Below, in pieces: positions 1-10,302 of a stretch of 38,862 bases of DNA. The translations under genes and the position numbers were made by a program. Below the pieces are notes generated by a model that made no database searches, was not told where the DNA came from, and was given only the letters and a program-made list of their open reading frames with translations. Location of the stretch: NCBI GenBank assembly GCA_037444405.1, contig JBBIML010000026.1, positions 1 to 38,862 on the forward strand, given 5' to 3'. The stretch is from Armatimonadota bacterium. GTDB lineage: Bacteria > Armatimonadota > Fimbriimonadia > Fimbriimonadales > GBS-DC. Position 1 is the stretch's first letter; the number at the start of each line of letters is the position of its first letter.

Positions 1-162
1 TTTTAATCCCTCAGAGGTAGGCTACAAACCTGTTCCCGTCCGCATAGCGCCAGACCGTCGTCCGCGGTTTCAATCCCTCAGAGGTAGGCTACAAACATCG
101 GATTGCCCGCCTGAAAGAGGGGCAGACCCGGCGTTTCAATCCCTCAGAGGTAGGCTACAAAC
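1..162 (-). CRISPR. CRISPR array (leader-proximal end, runs off the window start): 3 repeats, 2 spacers
   Basis: Repeat GTTTCAATCCCTCAGAGGTAGGCTACAAAC (30 bp) at 67-96 and 133-162, plus a 5'-truncated copy with one mismatch at 1-29. Spacers are 30-66 (37 bp) and 97-132 (36 bp). The reverse complement ends in ATTGAAAC, the typical type I-B/III crRNA 5' handle, which implies minus-strand transcription. Confidence 0.96.
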
Positions 163-469
163 CAACCCCCTGCAGCGGGCAGGCGCGGACACCCGCCCGC
201 TCAGAGGCACACCTCTGAACTCAAATCTAACCTCCGCCCGATTGTCAAGGTGCGCACACTGCTGTGCCCCGATGGCGCTTTTACTATACCCCATCGATGA
301 CAGTGAACTCAAAGGGGTGTCGGCGATCGGGAGGTGATTTGAACTCAAGGGGTGAAAAGTCGGCGATCAACGACGATCGGGTTTTTGGTATACAGGATGT
401 TGGGGTTGATTGGGTGGAAAAGCGTCAACGGGTAGTGGTATGGTGGCGAAAGTGTCGTCGAACGGCTGG
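163..469 (-). promoter_or_regulatory. CRISPR leader with sigma70-like promoter and boxB/boxA-like element
   Basis: Non-coding stretch between the pyrR stop and the first repeat. On the minus strand: TTGAGT (312-307), 18 nt, TATAGT (288-283); then a hairpin GCACA-GCAG-TGTGC (267-254) and GCACCTTGACAA (253-242). Confidence 0.65.
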
Positions 470-2588
<2,119 letters not shown>

Positions 2589-2589
2589 T

Positions 2590-2617
2590 GTAGGGGCGAG
2601 GCATGCCTCGCCCCTAC
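2590..2617. repeat. GTAG-type REP palindrome
   Basis: Third identical copy of GTAGGGGCGAGGCATGCCTCGCCCCTAC. Confidence 0.9.
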
Positions 2618-2638
2618 CATCGTGAGGGCTGCCCCCTG

Positions 2639-5422
2639 CTATACCCGACGGCTCACCACCTGAATGCATCGGTTGCACAGGTCGGGATAGGTCGCGTTCG
2701 TGCCGACATCGGGCAGCACGAGCCAGCAGCGGGCGCATTTATTGCCCGGTGCGGCGTCCACCTCGATGCGCAGTCCCCCATCACTGAGATACACTTCCGC
2801 CTGCGAGACGCCGAACAGGCGCGCCAGCAGGTTATCGGGCGTCGGCGCGGTGGGGTAGCCCTGCAGCAGGGCTGTTAGTTCGCCGCCCACATAGAGGCGC
2901 ACCCGCGCCGATTGCGGGTTCGGCACCCGCTTCTCGTTCTTCGCCTGCTCCACCGCGCGGTTGACCGCCTCACGCAGGTCAAGCAGGCGTTCCCAGCGTT
3001 CCAGCAGGCTCTTATCCAGCCACTCCTCGCGCACCGCCGGGAACTCGGCAAGATGCACGCTGACAGGCTTGTTCGGGATGGGCAGGCGCTGCCAGACCTC
3101 CTCCATCGTATGCACCAGCACCGGCGCGAGCAGGCGGGTCAGCACGCTCGCAATCTCCAGCAGCACTGTTTGCGCCGCCCGCCGCGCCGGGTCGTCCGCC
3201 GCGCTCGCGTAGAGCCGATCCTTCAGCACATCCAGATAGAACGCGCTCAGCTCCACATTGCAGAATCGGCGCGTCTCGTGATAGAACAGGTGATATTCGA
3301 ACCGCTCATAGGCGGTCAGGCAGTAGCGCACATATTCCTGCAGGCGAGCCAGCATCCAGCGATCCAGCTCCGGCAGCTGCGCGTAAGGCACGGCGTCGCG
3401 AACAGGGTCAAAGTCGGCAAGGTTGCCCACGATGAAGCGCAAAGTGTTGCGAATCTGGCGATAGGCGTCGGCGACAAACTTCAGAATCTCGCTGGAGAGG
3501 CGCACATCCTCGAAATATTCGGTGGAGGCGACCCACAGGCGCAGCACATCCGCGCCCAGCTGCTGCACCACCTCCATCGGGTCGACCACATTGCCCTCGC
3601 TCTTGCTCATCTTGCGCCCTTCGCCGTCCAGCACGAAGCCATGTGTGATGACGGCGCGATAGGGCGCGGCGTCGCGAGTGCCAATCGCAATCATCAGGCT
3701 GGAGTTGAACCAGCCGCGATGCTGGTCGGAGCCTTCGATATAGAGGTCGGCAGGCCAGCGCAGTTCGGGGCGCGTCTCCAGCACCAGCCGATGCGTGCTG
3801 CCCGAATCGAACCACACATCCAGCACATCGCTCTCCTTGCGGAAGGTGGCGCCGTTGCAGCGGGGGCAACGCGTGCCCTCGGGCAGGAAGTAGTCGGCGG
3901 GCTTATCGAACCACACATCGGAGCCTTCGCGCTCGATAAAGGTCGCCACGCGCTCGATCAGGGACGGCTCCAGCAGCACCTCGCCGCACGCCTCACAGTA
4001 GAAGGCGGGGATTCCGACGCCCCACGCCCGCTGACGGCTCAGGCACCAGTCGGGGCGGTGCTGCACCATCGCCGTGATGCGCGACTCGGTCTCAGGCGGA
4101 ATCCAGCGCACCTGCCGGATCGCCGTTAGCGCACGCTCGCGATGAGCGTTATGATCGATGCTCATAAACCACTGCACGGTGGCGCGAAACAGCAGGGGCG
4201 AGTCGCATCGCCAGCAGTGCGGATAGTTATGCTCATAGAGCGAGTGGTGCAGCAGATGTCCGTTTGCCTGCAGGCGTCGAATGACCGCCTGATTGCCTTC
4301 GGGCGCGATGGGCAGCCCGGCGAACTCGCCCGCCTCCTCCGTGAACACGCCCCGCTCGTCCACCGGGCACAAAATCGGCAGCCCGTACTGGCGTCCCGTG
4401 TAGAAGTCTTCCGCGCCGTGTCCGGGCGCGGTATGCACCACGCCCGTGCCCTCCTCCGCCAGCACATAGTCCGCCAGCACAACGGGCGACTCGCGCTCGA
4501 AGATGGGATGGCGGGCGACTGTGCCGACCAGCTCGCGCCCTTTGACCGTGCGCTCGACGGCGTAGTTGCGAATGCCGAGCGTCTCCATCACTGCTGGCAC
4601 AAGCGTATCGACCAGCAGATAGCGGGTGCCATCGGCGCTTACAATCGCATAATCGAAATCGGGATGCACGGCGAGCGCGAGGTTGGCGGGGATCGTCCAG
4701 GGCGTGGTCGTCCAGATCAGCACATAGGCGTCCCCACCCGATAGCTCGGTCAGGTTCGAGCGCAGGATGGGGAACCGCACATAGATGGCGTCGGAGATTT
4801 TGAGCGCGTACTCCACCTCGGCTTCGGCGAGCGCGGTCTGGCAGGTGGGGCACCAGAGCGTGGGGCGCAGGTCGCGATAGATGTAGCCGCGTTGCACCAG
4901 CTCGCCGAAGATGCGCACCAGCCCCGCCTCGAACGCAAAATCCATCGTGAGGTAGGGATGCTCCCAGTCGCCGACCAGCCCCAGCCGTTTGAACTGCTCC
5001 CTTTGCACATTCACGAAGTGCCAGGCGTAGTCGCGGCACGCCTGACGCAGCTCCACCTTGCTGGGTGTCCTACCCTCCTGCAGAAACCGCTGACTGACAG
5101 CGTTCTCGATGGGCATGCCGTGATTGTCCCAGCCGGGCACATAGGGCGTGCGGTAGCCGCGCATGCAGTACGAGCGCACGATGATGTCCTTCAGCACCTT
5201 GTTGAGCGCGTGCCCCATGTGGATGTCGCCGTTGGAGTAGGGCGGACCGTCGTGCAGGATGAAGTCGCCGTTAGGGGCAGGCTTTTGTAGCATGCGCTCA
5301 TAGAGCGCGATCTCGCGCCAAAACGCCTGCCAGCGCGGCTCCTGCTCGGGCAGGTTCGCCCGCATCGGAATGGTCTGGTCTTCCCTGGGCAGGTTCAGCG
5401 TCTCCCGATAGTTGTTCGCCAT
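2639..5422 (-). CDS. ileS: Isoleucine--tRNA ligase (type 1)
   Basis: HDGPPY, HMGH (HIGH) and KMSKS motifs, WTTTPWT, DWCLSRQR, C-terminal CxxC..CxxC. GGAGG lies upstream of ATG 5422. Confidence 0.98.
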   Translation of the reverse strand: MANNYRETLNLPREDQTIPMRANLPEQEPRWQAFWREIALYERMLQKPAPNGDFILHDGPPYSNGDIHMGHALNKVLKDIIVRSYCMRGYRTPYVPGWDNHGMPIENAVSQRFLQEGRTPSKVELRQACRDYAWHFVNVQREQFKRLGLVGDWEHPYLTMDFAFEAGLVRIFGELVQRGYIYRDLRPTLWCPTCQTALAEAEVEYALKISDAIYVRFPILRSNLTELSGGDAYVLIWTTTPWTIPANLALAVHPDFDYAIVSADGTRYLLVDTLVPAVMETLGIRNYAVERTVKGRELVGTVARHPIFERESPVVLADYVLAEEGTGVVHTAPGHGAEDFYTGRQYGLPILCPVDERGVFTEEAGEFAGLPIAPEGNQAVIRRLQANGHLLHHSLYEHNYPHCWRCDSPLLFRATVQWFMSIDHNAHRERALTAIRQVRWIPPETESRITAMVQHRPDWCLSRQRAWGVGIPAFYCEACGEVLLEPSLIERVATFIEREGSDVWFDKPADYFLPEGTRCPRCNGATFRKESDVLDVWFDSGSTHRLVLETRPELRWPADLYIEGSDQHRGWFNSSLMIAIGTRDAAPYRAVITHGFVLDGEGRKMSKSEGNVVDPMEVVQQLGADVLRLWVASTEYFEDVRLSSEILKFVADAYRQIRNTLRFIVGNLADFDPVRDAVPYAQLPELDRWMLARLQEYVRYCLTAYERFEYHLFYHETRRFCNVELSAFYLDVLKDRLYASAADDPARRAAQTVLLEIASVLTRLLAPVLVHTMEEVWQRLPIPNKPVSVHLAEFPAVREEWLDKSLLERWERLLDLREAVNRAVEQAKNEKRVPNPQSARVRLYVGGELTALLQGYPTAPTPDNLLARLFGVSQAEVYLSDGGLRIEVDAAPGNKCARCWLVLPDVGTNATYPDLCNRCIQVVSRRV

Positions 5423-5492
5423 TCGCGACCTCCGCTCAATCGGTAATTGTACCTTAAAGGATTGAGCGCGAAGAGGGCGAAACAGGAAGGGG

Positions 5493-6236
5493 ATGACGAC
5501 GGCGATTGTGCTGGCAGGTGGGGCGACCGATGAGCAGTGGCGGGCAGCGAGCGGCGCGGAGTCGCGCGCGCTGGTGCCCATCGAAGGCGAGCCAATGTAT
5601 CGGCGGGTGCTGCGCGCATTAAAGGGCGTGCCTGAAATCGCGCATATTCTGGTGGTGGGCGATGTGCCGCCTGGTGAGGGCTATGAGGTGCTGCCTGCGC
5701 CTGAAGGCGGTCTGATGGCGAGCGTGCGCGTCGGGCTGGAAGCCAGCCCGACCGAATCGGTGCTGTTTGTAACGGTCGATGTGCCCTTTTTGACGGCGGA
5801 GAGCGTGCGGTTCTTTCTGCGGGCGAGCCTGCGCAGTGGGGCGGCGCTGACCTACGCGGTGGTGCCAGCGGAGGTGTGCCGTGAGCGGTTTCCCCAGATG
5901 AAGCGCACGACGGTTCGGTTGCGCGAGGGCGAGCTGACGGGCGGCAACCTCTTCTGGGCGCAGCGCTCGGTGGCGTTGCGCGAATTGCCGCGCCTGCAAG
6001 CGGTCTATGCCGCTCGCAAGCAGCCGTTGCGCCTCGCGCTGATTGTGGGGCTGGGCATACTGGCGCGCTTTGTGCTGGCGCAGTGGCTCTCGCCTCGCTT
6101 TTTGAGCATCAGCGATGTTGAGCGTCGCGCAGAGCGGCTGCTTGGCGTGCCTGGACGCGCCATCATCTGCCCCTACGCCGAAATCGGCACCGACATCGAC
6201 ACCCTCCAGCAGTGGCAACAGGTCGCACATCGGTGA
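5493..6236 (+). CDS. MobA-like nucleotidyltransferase family protein
   Basis: AIVLAGG N-terminus, TVDVPFL, C-terminal DIDT; GAAGGGG upstream of the start. Confidence 0.85.
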   Translation: MTTAIVLAGGATDEQWRAASGAESRALVPIEGEPMYRRVLRALKGVPEIAHILVVGDVPPGEGYEVLPAPEGGLMASVRVGLEASPTESVLFVTVDVPFLTAESVRFFLRASLRSGAALTYAVVPAEVCRERFPQMKRTTVRLREGELTGGNLFWAQRSVALRELPRLQAVYAARKQPLRLALIVGLGILARFVLAQWLSPRFLSISDVERRAERLLGVPGRAIICPYAEIGTDIDTLQQWQQVAHR

Positions 6237-6258
6237 GTGATGGGTATGATGAAGCCTG

Positions 6259-6287
6259 CTTTCAATCCCTCACAGGCAGGCTCAAAC
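6259..6287 (-). repeat. Solitary degenerate copy of the CRISPR repeat
   Basis: CTTTCAATCCCTCACAGGCAGGCT-CAAAC versus the array repeat GTTTCAATCCCTCAGAGGTAGGCTACAAAC: 3 substitutions and 1 deletion, same orientation as the array. Confidence 0.85.
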
Positions 6288-6475
6288 ATGGATCGAACGC
6301 GCAAGGGGCGTATACGATGCTGAAGGCGAAATTCCTATATCGCTTCTAACAGCAAACACTACTCAAAGTCAATCAGCAGGTTCGAATCGACAGAATAGCC
6401 CATCGGTAATTCTCGAACAATATCCGCAGAAGCAGAACCAGATGGCGAGAAAATAGTATCAAGTGTTTTTTGCAA

Positions 6476-7345
6476 TCACTCTTCTTCTTTACCCTCTGGC
6501 ACGGGTTTATGTGGGATACCGAGCCGATCCAGTATCTCCGCGAATCGCTTCCAGTCAGTCGCCCCTCGCAACTCCATCCAGAGAATCTTTGCTTGCTCAA
6601 GCTGTTGCTTATTCCGATCCGAAAGTGTATCGGCGATGAACACCTTGCAGTCGCGTGCCAGCGCGGCATCTGCGCTTTCCGGATTACCTCTGCCCATTAA
6701 CTTGACCTCACAGCGGTAACGCTCTCGATTCTTGCCAATGAGGAAAAAGTCTGCCTCGCGTAAATCGTTTCCTGACTTCTCGGTGGTAAAGTGGCGTTTG
6801 GGAACCCGATGCAAGGCGCAAAGCGCTAGCATAAGCGGTGCCTCCACCTGCTTGCCTGCTGTACTCCATAGCCCACCACGAATAGCCGCACGAGCCACTG
6901 CAAGAGCGTTGATAACAATCAGGCTTTCATGAATGTTTAGCGTGACGCTCACTTTTCTAAAAGTGATGGTGATTTCCAGATTGACGCTCTCATCCATTTG
7001 AACAAGCTCTTCTATAATTTGTTTTAATCTTTGATAATGTTCAACTGAAGCATCTATTACGATCTTCTTTTTTGTGCTGTGATGCGCATTTTCAATAGTT
7101 TTGATATTCAAGCCAGCGTTCATGGCGATCTGCTCCTTTGGCAAATCTTCATGGAGCATTGCCTCACGATACCAATCAAGATTGATTTGCTGATTGTTGA
7201 GCTTGGCTTCAGCCACTTTCTTGAAAAATTCTATAGCATAATTAAGAAACTCTGTGTCGATGAGCTGGACAATAGTGGGACGGTAGTCCTGCCCTGTAAG
7301 GAGCCTGCACACAATCTCTCTTGCTACAACCATGGGTAGTCGCAT
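6476..7345 (-). CDS. CfrBI-family type II restriction endonuclease, possibly truncated by a premature TGA
   Basis: RAAIRGGLWSTAGKQVE and EADF...CEVKLMGRGNPESADA (PD-(D/E)xK-like) recalled as CfrBI-family motifs. Lower GC; overlaps the stop of the methyltransferase. Confidence 0.8.
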   Translation of the reverse strand: MRLPMVVAREIVCRLLTGQDYRPTIVQLIDTEFLNYAIEFFKKVAEAKLNNQQINLDWYREAMLHEDLPKEQIAMNAGLNIKTIENAHHSTKKKIVIDASVEHYQRLKQIIEELVQMDESVNLEITITFRKVSVTLNIHESLIVINALAVARAAIRGGLWSTAGKQVEAPLMLALCALHRVPKRHFTTEKSGNDLREADFFLIGKNRERYRCEVKLMGRGNPESADAALARDCKVFIADTLSDRNKQQLEQAKILWMELRGATDWKRFAEILDRLGIPHKPVPEGKEEE

Positions 7346-8736
7346 CAGCCATTCTCCTTCGCAGCTATCTGGACGAATTCCTCAAAACTAACAAATCGGG
7401 GTGGGAAGTCGGTCAGCAGGTTGCTTGTGCAGATGAACTGACGGGCATACTCGAAGTAGGCAGGCTCCTTTTCAGCGAGCAGGAAGTAGCGATCGGTCAG
7501 CATCGCAGCTTGCCCTACCGTGCCGCGCCCCGCGAATGGATCAAACACCAGATCACCCTTATACGAGTAGAGCTGGATCACGCGCGTTGCCAGCTCCAGC
7601 GGAAAGACGGCAGGATGGACGGGGTCCGAAGCAGGCGCGATTTCCCACACATTGGTCGGCTCATAGTCGCCTCTCACACGGCTGGCTTCCACCACCTCGG
7701 ATGGGTACTGCCGCATGTTCCAGTCGATGAGCTTATCCGTTGCTTTCCGATAGACCATCACATATTCCACGATCGAGTTCGCCTTATAGCCGAGCGGTTT
7801 GCGGTGCTGGAAGAAACCACCGTTGCGGTTCTTTGCGCTGCCGGGCGGCTTGACCCAGATGATGTCGTCGATGAATTCAAAGCCGATTTCTATCAGGCGC
7901 GGGTGGATGTCGAACGGAATCGCGTAGCGCTTGCTGGAGTGCTGGCGGCTCATGCGCGGGATCAGCACGGGCGAGGTGTTCAACACAAAAAATCGCCCCT
8001 CTTTTGTGATGCGATGCACCTCGCGAAAGACGCGCACCAGAAAATCGAGGTACTCCTCGTAGCTCCGATACAGGGTGTAATCGCGCGCGTTGTAGTAGGG
8101 AGGCGAGGTGAAGGTCAGATGAACCGATTCGTCGGGCACATAGGCAAGCATCTCCAGCACATCGGCGCACACCATCAGGTTCTTGAGCCAGTTCGGGCTG
8201 ATGGGATGCGGCAAGCCGACGGTGCCCGATCTGGAGGGCATCAGCTCGCGGCGAATGGAGGCGCGAACCAGCTCGTTCGGGTGGTCAGCAAGCGAGCGCA
8301 GAATCGCCTGCACATCGGTGCGCTGACGGAAGCAGAGCAGCGCCCGAACCGCCTGCAGCACCACCTTCGGGTCGGCATCACTCAGACATTCGGTGAGAAT
8401 AGGGATCGCATCGGGCATGCGCAGACGCCCGATGGCAGAAACCAGCTCCCGACGAACCAGCGTGTTGCTTTCTGCACGCACACGCTCGGTGAAGATGGTC
8501 AGCAGGGCAGGGTTTTCGAGGCGTGCCAGCCCCTTCACGGCGGCAAGGCGTACTTCCGCGCTGGGGTGGCTCAAGAGATTCAGCAACGGCTCGGGGTCAA
8601 AATCGGGCGGCAGGCGGCCCAGCCGCTCCAGCACCGTTAGCAGATGGCGCGTGCCGTGCCGCGCATCCAGCATCTGGCGGAAGAAAGTCGTATCGCCCTG
8701 CTGTTTCGCCCGCTCGATCTGCTCGCGCGTAATCAT
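7345..8736 (-). CDS. N4-C/N6-A DNA methyltransferase (beta class) with N-terminal HEAT repeats
   Basis: TSPPY precedes HPAVFP and DPFAGRGT (beta motif order). The N-terminal ~160 aa has HEAT-like units (AEVRLAAVKGLARL, LVRRELVSAIGRL, PKVVLQAVRAL). Confidence 0.9.
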   Translation of the reverse strand: MITREQIERAKQQGDTTFFRQMLDARHGTRHLLTVLERLGRLPPDFDPEPLLNLLSHPSAEVRLAAVKGLARLENPALLTIFTERVRAESNTLVRRELVSAIGRLRMPDAIPILTECLSDADPKVVLQAVRALLCFRQRTDVQAILRSLADHPNELVRASIRRELMPSRSGTVGLPHPISPNWLKNLMVCADVLEMLAYVPDESVHLTFTSPPYYNARDYTLYRSYEEYLDFLVRVFREVHRITKEGRFFVLNTSPVLIPRMSRQHSSKRYAIPFDIHPRLIEIGFEFIDDIIWVKPPGSAKNRNGGFFQHRKPLGYKANSIVEYVMVYRKATDKLIDWNMRQYPSEVVEASRVRGDYEPTNVWEIAPASDPVHPAVFPLELATRVIQLYSYKGDLVFDPFAGRGTVGQAAMLTDRYFLLAEKEPAYFEYARQFICTSNLLTDFPPRFVSFEEFVQIAAKENG

Positions 8737-8757
8737 GCCCCAGCAGAATCATACCCA

Positions 8758-8920
8758 TTATTCCTTCGCCTGCTCAATAATTGCCTGGGCAATAAGGGCG
8801 GTTTCGGGGTTCAGCACGCCTTCGGGTTCGCGTCCACTCTGGGTGCAGCGCAGGAAGTATTCGGGGGCGTTGCGCTCGCCTTCGGGCAGCGGGTCAGGCG
8901 TCTCATACACAGGCTCTGCC
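8758..8920 (-). pseudogene. Probable 3' remnant of an oxidoreductase-like gene
   Basis: PDPLPEGERNAPEYFLRCTQSGREPEGVLNPETALIAQAIIEQA resembles Gfo/Idh/MocA C-terminal helices; no credible start upstream. Confidence 0.45.
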
Positions 8921-8958
8921 CGCGCTGATGGATGCGCGCTGTGGGGACCGACATCTAA

Positions 8959-8984
8959 CAGGAATAAGCTGGCAGTCGGCGAAC
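8959..8984 (+). promoter_or_regulatory. Sigma-H-like promoter motif CAGGA-N17-GAAC
   Basis: AGGA 8960-8963, 17 nt, GAAC 8981-8984, upstream of RBS GAAGGAGG and ATG 9014. Confidence 0.55.
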
Positions 8985-9013
8985 CCTTCTTCGTTGAAGG
9001 AGGGCATCCGACG

Positions 9014-10243
9014 ATGCGACTGATACAGGGCAGTCCGAACGAGCGGGTACGGATGGCAATCATCGGCTGTGGCGGCATCGGACGCCACCACTATCGCGTG
9101 TTTACCGCGCACGGCGGCACAATGTGCGAGTTCGTCGCGGTGGCAGACCCCCACCGCAAGCAGATCGCCGAGTTCCTGCAGATGGCGCAACGCCCGCTGG
9201 ACACCTATACCGACTATCGCCGCATTCTGGAGCGCAAGGATGTGGACGCGGTGGTTGTCGCCACGCCCGACCACTGGCATGCGCGCATCACCATCGATGC
9301 GTGCGAAGCGGGCAAGCATGTCTATGTGGAGAAGCCCACCTCTCATAATGTGGTGGAGGGGCTGGCGATGGTGCATGCCGCCCGCGAACACAAGCGTGTG
9401 GTGATGGTCGGCTTGCAACAGCGCAGCGGTGAGCATTTCCAGGAAGCGGTCGAAATCGTGCGGTCGGGCAAGCTGGGCAAAATCACGATGGTGCATTGCT
9501 GGAACATGGACAACGAGTCGCCCGACGGCATCGGCAACCCGCCCGATAGCGACCCGCCGCCCGAACTGGACTGGGATATGTGGCTGGGTCCCGCGCCCAA
9601 ACGACCCTACAACCCCAATCGGTGCCTGTATCATTTCCGCTGGTTCTGGGACTACGCCGGCGGCAAGGTGACGGACTGGGGCGTGCATCTGATCGATATC
9701 GCGGTGTGGGCGATGGGCGACCACAATCCTATCGAGGTGTCGGCGTCGGGCGGCAAGTTCGCCCTGCGCGACAATCGGGAGACGCCCGATACGGTGGAGT
9801 GCCTGTTCCGCTTCAAGGACTGGCTGCTAATCTACTCCCATCGGGCGGCGAACGCTTTTCCTGCCAACGGGCGCGGCTACGGCACGATGTTCTTCGGCAC
9901 GAACGGCAGCCTCTTCGTGGATCGGGGCGGGCTGCAGGTTCATCCTGAAAAGGAGCGCGTCCCTGCCTATCAGCGGGGCGGCTCGCCACAGAGCGAACCG
10001 CACGCGGTGAACTTCCTGCGGGCGATCCGCGAGGGCGTGCCGCTGGCGTGCGATATTCTCACCGGCGTGCGCTCCACCATCGTGCCGCTGCTGGGCAACA
10101 TCGCCTACCGCACGGGACGCACCATTCGGTGGGACGCGCAACGGGCGCAGATCATCGGTGACAGGGAGGCGAACGCGCTCCTTGCGCGCAACTGGCGGGC
10201 GCCGTGGGGCATCCCGAAACGCTATATCAAGCCCATCGGGTGA
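9014..10243 (+). CDS. Gfo/Idh/MocA family oxidoreductase
   Basis: IIGCGGIG, VATPDHWH, GKHVYVEKP, LDWDMWLGPAP, DWGVHLID; RBS before ATG 9014. Confidence 0.93.
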   Translation: MRLIQGSPNERVRMAIIGCGGIGRHHYRVFTAHGGTMCEFVAVADPHRKQIAEFLQMAQRPLDTYTDYRRILERKDVDAVVVATPDHWHARITIDACEAGKHVYVEKPTSHNVVEGLAMVHAAREHKRVVMVGLQQRSGEHFQEAVEIVRSGKLGKITMVHCWNMDNESPDGIGNPPDSDPPPELDWDMWLGPAPKRPYNPNRCLYHFRWFWDYAGGKVTDWGVHLIDIAVWAMGDHNPIEVSASGGKFALRDNRETPDTVECLFRFKDWLLIYSHRAANAFPANGRGYGTMFFGTNGSLFVDRGGLQVHPEKERVPAYQRGGSPQSEPHAVNFLRAIREGVPLACDILTGVRSTIVPLLGNIAYRTGRTIRWDAQRAQIIGDREANALLARNWRAPWGIPKRYIKPIG

Positions 10244-10253
10244 GGCTCACACC

Positions 10254-10275
10254 GTAGCATGGGCATCCTGCCCAT
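10254..10275. repeat. GTAG-type REP-like hairpin between convergent genes (possible terminator)
   Basis: GTAGC-ATGGGCA-TCC-TGCCCAT. Confidence 0.55.
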
Positions 10276-10302
10276 AGCAAGCCCCCGAAAATCGGGCGAG
10301 GT

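Noticed and set aside
30..132. Self-targeting by the two CRISPR spacers
   Set aside because: No match found by eye within the window; targets elsewhere need a database search.
226..248. TTGACA (minus strand) as the -35 of the array promoter
   Set aside because: The nearest TANNNT (TAGATT) is only 13 nt away; a better-spaced promoter exists at 312-283.
7321..8640. 439-aa plus-strand ORF and other long antisense/overlapping ORFs (e.g. 2912-4129, 13038-14180, 18055-19221, 36661-37782, 37472-38611)
   Set aside because: Shadow ORFs of real genes in GC-rich DNA with no recognisable domains.
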